NCBI GenBank assembly: GCA_028865035.1
Contig: JAGWLB010000004.1
Location: 1,294-65,293, forward strand
Source: Patescibacteria group bacterium
GTDB taxonomy: Bacteria; Patescibacteriota; Minisyncoccia; Phycocordibacterales; UBA9973
DNA: 64,000 bases
Reading direction: 5' to 3'
Below, piece by piece: positions 58,339 through 64,000 of this stretch; the stretch's first letter is position 1; every line of letters starts with the position of its first letter. The translations under genes and the position numbers were made by a program. The notes below the pieces were generated by a model. The model did no database searches. It worked only from the letters and a program-made list of their open reading frames with translations, and was not told the DNA's origin.

Positions 58339-58779
58339 TTATTTATTAATTAATGATGAGTGAAGAGTATCTCCTTTGTGAGCCCTACCATACACTAGCT
58401 CTATTTCTGGTAAAACTTTGTCATCTATTGCTTTAGTAATACTATCAAAAAGATTTTGCTGATCATAGCCTAGGTATACGATATCTGGTTTAATTTCTTT
58501 AAGAATATTATATGTACCTAAATCTTTGTCGCCCAAAAATACTAAATCTATATCTGGAACTTTTACAAGTTCATTAATTCTATCGACTTCGTTCTTTAAA
58601 GGTAATTTATTTTTGATCTTTTTTACCATTTCATCACGAGTAACGACTGCTACAAGCTTATCACCTTTTGTTTTTGCTTCACGTATAAAGACACGATGGC
58701 CTTCGTGAATACCATCAAATACTCCAAAAATTGTAACTGTTTTGTGATTCATTGTTAGTGTATTTCTTTCATCATCCAC
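58339..58779 (-). CDS. HxGH-motif nucleotidyltransferase (FAD synthetase/RibL- or cytidylyltransferase-like)
   Basis: FGVFDGIHEGH, the (T/H)xGH motif of the nucleotidylyl-transferase alpha/beta phosphodiesterase superfamily. Confidence 0.55.
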   Translation of the reverse strand: MDDERNTLTMNHKTVTIFGVFDGIHEGHRVFIREAKTKGDKLVAVVTRDEMVKKIKNKLPLKNEVDRINELVKVPDIDLVFLGDKDLGTYNILKEIKPDIVYLGYDQQNLFDSITKAIDDKVLPEIELVYGRAHKGDTLHSSLINK

Positions 58780-59060
58780 TCTTTGTATGGATGATTGACA
58801 CGCCTGACATCCACACCTGCTATGAGGGGTACGCTATATGTATGATTATCATTTATAATATTTGTGACACTATCGATTTTTGATTCAAAAGTGGTAACCA
58901 TAAGCATAATTTGAGATAAACATTTAAAAGCACCGTCCCAATTATAACAAGATTTTATAGGCCAAAAATCAACGCAAGCACCAATTTTATTCTCAATGAT
59001 TAATGCTCCAAGCTTTTCGGCTTCTTCTGTGTTTTCACACATTGTATATATAAAAACCAT
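58755..59060 (-). CDS. cutA: divalent-cation tolerance protein CutA
   Basis: IENKIGACVDFWPIKSCYNWDGAF and HTYSVPLIAGV pattern of CutA1. Confidence 0.6.
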   Translation of the reverse strand: MVFIYTMCENTEEAEKLGALIIENKIGACVDFWPIKSCYNWDGAFKCLSQIMLMVTTFESKIDSVTNIINDNHTYSVPLIAGVDVRRVNHPYKEWMMKEIH

Positions 59061-59135
59061 AATATATAAAGCTTTATTTAAATAATGAGACCTTTATATA
59101 TTAAGTGTAGCACTCTTGGCTTAAAAAGAAAGATA

Positions 59136-60611
59136 TTATATTAAAGGCTCACTAGCACTACTATTGATAGCAGATTTATCTGCGTCATCATAATTTGAAT
59201 TCTTACCGCCAGTAATTGCTGCTTTTTCTTGAGCAGAACGAATAATGGTAGACTCTTCTTCTATAATTAACTGTTGAGCATCATCTGCAGGTATAGCATA
59301 CTTACGTCGTGATGCAGCTATAACTTGATCTCTATACGATGGATGTGTTGCAGGGAGAACACGCAATGTCTCAGCAGAGAATGGATCATAACTTTCACCA
59401 TCTATAGTCATCTTAATATAAAATTCTCCTACTCCAAGATTAATCATATCCTTAACATCAAAAATAGGAGAAAATTCTGGCTTAAGCTTTACTGCATCGT
59501 CACCACCAACACGAAATGAAATAATGGATCCGACATTTCCTAGAACTGCTTGCTGAACTTTTGGTAAAAGCTGACCGACGTACTGATGAGCTACCGTCAG
59601 ATTAATACTATATTTGCGAGCCTCAGATAATATGTTCTCAAAAGTATCTGTTACAATATTCTGGAACTCGTCTACATATAGATAGAAATCATTCCTATCT
59701 TTTGGGTCAAGCTTTGCGCGAGCCATACCAGCTTGCTTAATCTTTGTTAGGAACATAGAACCAAAGAAGGATGAATTCTCTTCACCAATTTTCCCTTTTG
59801 AAAGATTAATGAGAAGAATTTTTTGATCATTCATAATTTTCTCTAGATCAATCTTATTTTCTTTTTGACCGAAAATATTACGAAGCATAGGGTCAGACAA
59901 GAATTGTCCGAGCTTGTTAACTAGCGGGATAATAGCATCTGTATCGAACTTTTCTGACCAGTCAGCGAATTCTATTGCCCAGAATCTTTTTACCATATCG
60001 TCTTCTATATACTCTACTACTTTCTGACGATAGTTTCGGTCAGTTAGCATTGATATCATGCCTCGCATAGTAGCGTGAGGATAATCTAAAAGAGCAAGCA
60101 CTGTAAAACGAAAAACGTGCTCGAGGCGTGGTGTCCAGTTTGCACCGAACTGTTTGCGTAAAACTTCTATCAAACCTTGGGTTAACTGGTGCTTGAATGT
60201 AGGATCAACATTTGCGAGTGGATTAAACGATGAAGGAAAGTCAACATCACTAGGATCGATAATACAAACGTCTTCAATACGATCTTCTGGTATAAAATTC
60301 AATATGTCTTCTATAAGCTCACCGTGTGGGTCGATAATACAAATACCATAGCCATATGCTATGTCCTGACGAATCATAAGCTCTTGAAGCTTAGACTTAC
60401 CTACACCAGACTTACCTATAATATATAAATGACGCCTACGATCAATACGCTTAATACCGAAAACAAACTTCTTTTCTTCTAAAGAGGCTACGTAATTAGT
60501 GCGTCCAATGAAGGATACCTCACTTGGATCAGATTGACCGAGAGTTGGTAAATCGGGTGGTGGTGGAGCATATTTTATAATCTGAATCTTGTTGGGCTTA
60601 TTAAGTGACAT
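59136..60611 (-). CDS. paralogous FtsK/HerA-superfamily TraG/VirD4 (T4CP)-like ATPase, no TM
   Basis: Same motif set as 55529..57691: FIGRTNY, HLYIIGKSGVGKS, IDPHGEL, FYLYVDEFQNI, NLTVAHQYVGQL...GNVGSIISFRVGGDD. Confidence 0.55.
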   Translation of the reverse strand: MSLNKPNKIQIIKYAPPPPDLPTLGQSDPSEVSFIGRTNYVASLEEKKFVFGIKRIDRRRHLYIIGKSGVGKSKLQELMIRQDIAYGYGICIIDPHGELIEDILNFIPEDRIEDVCIIDPSDVDFPSSFNPLANVDPTFKHQLTQGLIEVLRKQFGANWTPRLEHVFRFTVLALLDYPHATMRGMISMLTDRNYRQKVVEYIEDDMVKRFWAIEFADWSEKFDTDAIIPLVNKLGQFLSDPMLRNIFGQKENKIDLEKIMNDQKILLINLSKGKIGEENSSFFGSMFLTKIKQAGMARAKLDPKDRNDFYLYVDEFQNIVTDTFENILSEARKYSINLTVAHQYVGQLLPKVQQAVLGNVGSIISFRVGGDDAVKLKPEFSPIFDVKDMINLGVGEFYIKMTIDGESYDPFSAETLRVLPATHPSYRDQVIAASRRKYAIPADDAQQLIIEEESTIIRSAQEKAAITGGKNSNYDDADKSAINSSASEPLI

Positions 60612-60629
60612 ACTATATTAAGTATACCA

Positions 60630-60668
60630 GAAAATAAAAAAGCAGGAATGGTTTAGTAGGCCATTCCT
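60630..60668 (-). terminator. rho-independent terminator for 60689..61153 (stem aggaatgg/ccattcct, minus-strand TTTTTTATTTT)
   Basis: Read directly. Confidence 0.6.
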
Positions 60669-60688
60669 GAAATATTTCTTTATAAAAG

Positions 60689-61153
60689 TTAGATAACAAA
60701 ATCATCTTTTGTTTTATAAAGATAAAAATTCTTTTCATCAATCATCAAGCGGTTTTTTAATTGTACCAATTTAAAACACCCTATATCTAAGATTTGGTCT
60801 AGGAAAGTTTTTCTTTCTTCCATTTGCTTAGCTTCAATTAATCTATGCTTAACAGAACCATTAAGTATAAGGTGAAAGGCAGAGTTGTGAGTAGTATTAA
60901 TTCTAATGTAATTAATATCACCTAATAATTTTTCTTTTCTCAGTGAAGTAGTTATTTTCTCTAAGATTTTCAACGGGGTTCCGCTTGGGTAAGTAAATAT
61001 AACAACGCCGTTATTGGGTAAATTGTCTAAAAGATATTCTATCTTTTTTACCATTTCAGATTGATTTTCCAACTGTAAAGTAAAGTAATTTTCAATATCC
61101 TTGTTGTTATTTTTTAAACTAACGAACATAATTATAAAATTTAATTTGAACAA
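60689..61153 (-). CDS. hypothetical protein (154 aa)
   Basis: ORF followed by a terminator. Confidence 0.45.
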   Translation of the reverse strand: MFKLNFIIMFVSLKNNNKDIENYFTLQLENQSEMVKKIEYLLDNLPNNGVVIFTYPSGTPLKILEKITTSLRKEKLLGDINYIRINTTHNSAFHLILNGSVKHRLIEAKQMEERKTFLDQILDIGCFKLVQLKNRLMIDEKNFYLYKTKDDFVI

Positions 61154-61228
61154 TATTATTTCTATAAGAGTATACTCTAAAACATATTTATGTCAATTTA
61201 GGTAAGCTTATAGTATAATCTATATCAT

Positions 61229-62512
61229 ATGGACGAGAATAATAAAGAAAGTCTATTTCAAGAAGGACAAAGTTATATAAAAAAACTTGGTCCTGGACTT
61301 ATCACAGGTGCAGCTGATGATGATCCATCGGGAATTGCAACTTATTCACAAACCGGAGCTCAATATGGAACCAGTCTACTATGGTTAGCTGCTTGGACAT
61401 TTCCACTTATGACAATTATTCAGGAGATGTGTGCTCGCATTGCTCTTGTAACAGGTAAGGGCCTAGCTGCAAATATTAAAAATGCTTACTCAAGAAAGGT
61501 TCTCTATGTATGTACTTTATTGCTTTTTATGGCAAATACTTTAAATATCGGAGCTGATCTAGGAGCTATAGCTAAAGCTATCGAGCTTATAATACCTAAT
61601 GCGTCATTTGTCTTTTCAGTAATATTCGTAGGAATATTTGGATTAATGCTAGAAGTTTTTATCCCCTATCAAAAATATGTAAAATATTTAAAATGGCTAG
61701 TTATCACTTTGTTCTCTTATATACTAACTGGACTAATTATACATATGAATTGGTCAACTTTATTTAAAGACGCCATGATACCTCATATGACTTTTTCAAA
61801 AACTCAAATCTTACTTATCACTGGTATCCTTGGTACAACTATTTCCCCCTATTTATTTTTCTGGCAAACTTCTCAAGAAATAGAAGAAAAAATAAAAGAA
61901 GGTAGAACCACAGTCCACTCACGCCGAGGGACAAACAAAAATGAAATAAAGAAAATGCGCACTGATGTATGGTTCGGGATGTTTGTCTCGAACTTAGTTA
62001 TGTTCTTTATTATTGCTGTCTGCGCAAACACGCTATTTGTACATGGTATTACAAACATAAATACTGCAAGTGACGCAGCACTTGCCTTGTCTCCTCTTGC
62101 TGGTCCGTGGGCCACTTTACTTTTTGCAATTGGAATTATTGGGACTGGTTTACTTGCCATACCTATACTTGCAGGGTCTGCTTCGTATGCTATATCAGAG
62201 AGTTTTGGCTGGAAAGAAGGTTTATATCGAAAGCTAAATGAAGCTCGAGCGTTTTATGGAATTATTATTATATCTATAATCATTGGAATCATTATTAATT
62301 TCATAGGTATTGATCCGATAAAAGCTCTACTCTATGCTGCTATTGTTAACGGTCTTATCGCCCCGATTATACTATTATTCATTGTTCAAATAAGCAGCAG
62401 TAAAAAAGTTATGGGGCACTATAAAAATTCTAAAATTATTAGCACTCTTGGTTGGATTGTAACTTTACTAATGGGTATCACCGCTATCGGGGCAATCTAT
62501 TCAATGTTTTAA
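61229..62512 (+). CDS. NRAMP-family divalent metal (Mn2+/Fe2+) transporter
   Basis: LGPGLITGAADDDPSGIATYSQTGAQYG NRAMP signature and 11 TM helices. Confidence 0.8.
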   Translation: MDENNKESLFQEGQSYIKKLGPGLITGAADDDPSGIATYSQTGAQYGTSLLWLAAWTFPLMTIIQEMCARIALVTGKGLAANIKNAYSRKVLYVCTLLLFMANTLNIGADLGAIAKAIELIIPNASFVFSVIFVGIFGLMLEVFIPYQKYVKYLKWLVITLFSYILTGLIIHMNWSTLFKDAMIPHMTFSKTQILLITGILGTTISPYLFFWQTSQEIEEKIKEGRTTVHSRRGTNKNEIKKMRTDVWFGMFVSNLVMFFIIAVCANTLFVHGITNINTASDAALALSPLAGPWATLLFAIGIIGTGLLAIPILAGSASYAISESFGWKEGLYRKLNEARAFYGIIIISIIIGIIINFIGIDPIKALLYAAIVNGLIAPIILLFIVQISSSKKVMGHYKNSKIISTLGWIVTLLMGITAIGAIYSMF

Positions 62513-62646
62513 CGAACCAAGTCAGTAGTATAACACTGAAATCTTGAAACCAAATATAAAACTGGATATTTAAAACGTATTAAATTATAAATATAATTAC
62601 TAAAGAATACAAAGAATTTCCATACCCAACCAAAGAGGTAAGTATT

Positions 62647-63564
62647 TTAAAATGTTTTATTAATCTGATCTTTTAAATTGTTACAGAATTTAATTATTGT
62701 TTTATATGCTTCATCATTATCAATAACATTTTGATATTTTTTAATAGTATCTTCATGATCAATAATTAATCTTTGTATTTGTGCCAGCATGTCATTATAA
62801 GATGCTGCAATGTACCGCCTTTTTTGTGCTTTTGCATATAAAGCAAAAGCTTCAAGCTGAGCCTCTATTTCAAGCAGAGTCTTAGCTTTCAAAGGATGAT
62901 CATATAGTAGATTTTCTTGTCCATCTGCCCACAACTTAAGTGCCTGTATGATTTTATTTCTTTCAACAGCAATAATAACATGAGGCATGGGCTTTTCCTT
63001 GGCATTATCAGATTCGTAAAAAGTTAAATCTGATAATTTACCTAAATTGATTTTACTCCTAACTTTATTTAATTTTTGAGTCAACCCTTTGCTATGTGAA
63101 AAAGTTACATCTGTACCTAGTGTAAATTCTCTATTTTCAGTCTCAACAACAAAATCAATACCATTAATATAATCATCAAATTTTGATGTTTTCCATACCA
63201 GAGCGTTTGGTATCCAACCCTTCTTTCCACCAAGCATATTATAAAATAATGCCTCTAAATATTTTGATATTACTTTATAATCAAGACTCTGTGTATAATT
63301 ATCGTCAATTTCGCTTTTTATACTATTTACCTTATCACTTTTTTCAAAAATATCTTCATATTCTTTGACTTTTAAATTACATTCATTTACGAACTTTTCG
63401 TCATACGGAGGTTTACCTAAAAAATCATCTGCCGTTAGAGCATCTTGTTCCATCTTTTCAAATTCTTTTTCCAAAAAAGACTCTTGTTCCGGTGAAAAAG
63501 GGTTTTCATTTTCCAAATTTTCATTAGATGTGTATTCTTTTTGATTTCTATTAAATGATTCCAT
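62647..63564 (-). CDS. hypothetical protein (305 aa, acidic N-terminus)
   Basis: ORF. TTGTAA-17-TATAAT promoter about 12 nt upstream of the ATG. Confidence 0.45.
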   Translation of the reverse strand: MESFNRNQKEYTSNENLENENPFSPEQESFLEKEFEKMEQDALTADDFLGKPPYDEKFVNECNLKVKEYEDIFEKSDKVNSIKSEIDDNYTQSLDYKVISKYLEALFYNMLGGKKGWIPNALVWKTSKFDDYINGIDFVVETENREFTLGTDVTFSHSKGLTQKLNKVRSKINLGKLSDLTFYESDNAKEKPMPHVIIAVERNKIIQALKLWADGQENLLYDHPLKAKTLLEIEAQLEAFALYAKAQKRRYIAASYNDMLAQIQRLIIDHEDTIKKYQNVIDNDEAYKTIIKFCNNLKDQINKTF

Positions 63565-63797
63565 AGTTGTCTAATTATACCTATTAATAATTAATTTTAC
63601 AAAATTGCTTCTTTGGGTATTTAATCAGACGGACCATACAGGAATCTCTCGACTTACTGTCGCGGGTACTTTTCTGAATTTGTGGTCACAAATCACTAAG
63701 TATAATTTTTCACTACGTTCAAATTCTACGTAAGTGTTCGCGACTCCAGCTCGCAGTTTTGTTTGCTAACAAAACATCGCTGCGCTTTCCACAGCTA

Positions 63798-63826
63798 AAA
63801 AACAGCACGTAGGTGCTGTTTTTCTA
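63798..63826 (-). terminator. rho-independent terminator following tRNA-Ala (aacagcac/gtgctgtt, minus-strand TTTTTT)
   Basis: Read directly. Confidence 0.6.
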
Positions 63827-63833
63827 AACGCTG

Positions 63834-63906
63834 TGGACCCTACAGGACTCGAACCTGCCACCCCCTCATTGCAAATGAGGTGCTCTACCAGATGAGCTAA
63901 GGGCCC
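63834..63906 (-). tRNA. tRNA-Ala (anticodon UGC) with the G3:U70 identity pair
   Basis: Reverse complement is GGGCCCTTAGCTCATCTGGTAGAGCACCTCATTTGCAATGAGGGGGTGGCAGGTTCGAGTCCTGTAGGGTCCA. Confidence 0.85.
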
Positions 63907-64000
63907 AATGTATATCTTTTCTCTAAACTTAAATAACTTCTACTTTACCCTCGTGGCGCTACAGATAGCTAAGGGCCCAATGTATATCTTTTCTCTAAAC
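63895..64000. repeat. 34-nt direct repeat (agctaagggcccaatgtatatcttttctctaaac) at 63895-63928 and 63967-64000. Covers the tRNA-Ala 5' end and its upstream flank, and runs to the window edge.
   Basis: Read directly. A diverged copy of additional tRNA 5' sequence precedes the second copy. Confidence 0.7.

Noticed and set aside
63700-63830. Possible tmRNA tag-reading frame (gct aac aaa aca tcg ctg ...)
   Set aside because: Translates to ANKTSLRFPQLKNST with no terminal (L)AA-type tag and no tRNA-like domain or pseudoknots. The hairpin is better explained as the tRNA-Ala terminator.
63907-64000. Second tRNA downstream of the 34-nt repeat
   Set aside because: The reverse complement GGGCCCTTAGCTATCTGTAGCGCCACGAGGG... 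has no anticodon or T-arm. It is a degenerate fragment, not a tRNA.
1-64000. CRISPR arrays, rRNA genes, integrases, transposases, IS elements
   Set aside because: No regularly spaced direct repeats, no rRNA-like conserved blocks, and no DDE or tyrosine-recombinase motifs in any frame inspected. The tRNA-adjacent fragments are noted as scars only.

Overview
This is an AT-rich (~32% GC), gene-dense bacterial window. Its gene content suggests a reduced-genome lineage of the CPR/Patescibacteria type (inference). Most of it is housekeeping. A split dcw cell-wall cluster carries mraZ, rsmH, ftsL, ftsI and murF on one stretch, and a class B PBP, murC, murD, murE and cmk on another. Elsewhere are murB, murJ, murA, alr, the aminoacyl-tRNA synthetases lysS, valS and leuS, lepA, ychF, tsaC, tsaD, miaA, greA, rpmG, a sigma-70 factor, a P-type ATPase, an ABC exporter, an NRAMP transporter and eight minus-strand tRNAs (Glu, Phe, Arg, Gly, Trp, Leu, Ala and their neighbours as listed). 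No rRNA, CRISPR array, integrase or transposase was seen. The strongest candidate for a novel system is a translationally coupled two-gene minus-strand operon at 6482-7645. It encodes a small multi-pass membrane protein followed by a ThsB-like TIR-like (DUF1863-type) protein. It sits next to tRNA-Glu, which has a partial tRNA duplication, in a 5-kb accessory patch that also holds an XRE regulator with a 19-bp inverted-repeat operator candidate, hypothetical proteins and a cytoplasmic trypsin-like serine protease. Other notable architectures are a LeuRS with a ~140-aa NUDIX insertion after the CP1 editing domain, an XRE-HTH::MurA fusion, a GIY-YIG::YgjP(DUF45) fusion, and two paralogous TM-less TraG/VirD4-like ATPases beside an LTD surface protein. 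Partial tRNA-end duplications recur next to several tRNAs. All calls rest on motif reading of the supplied translations and sequence; no database searches were run.
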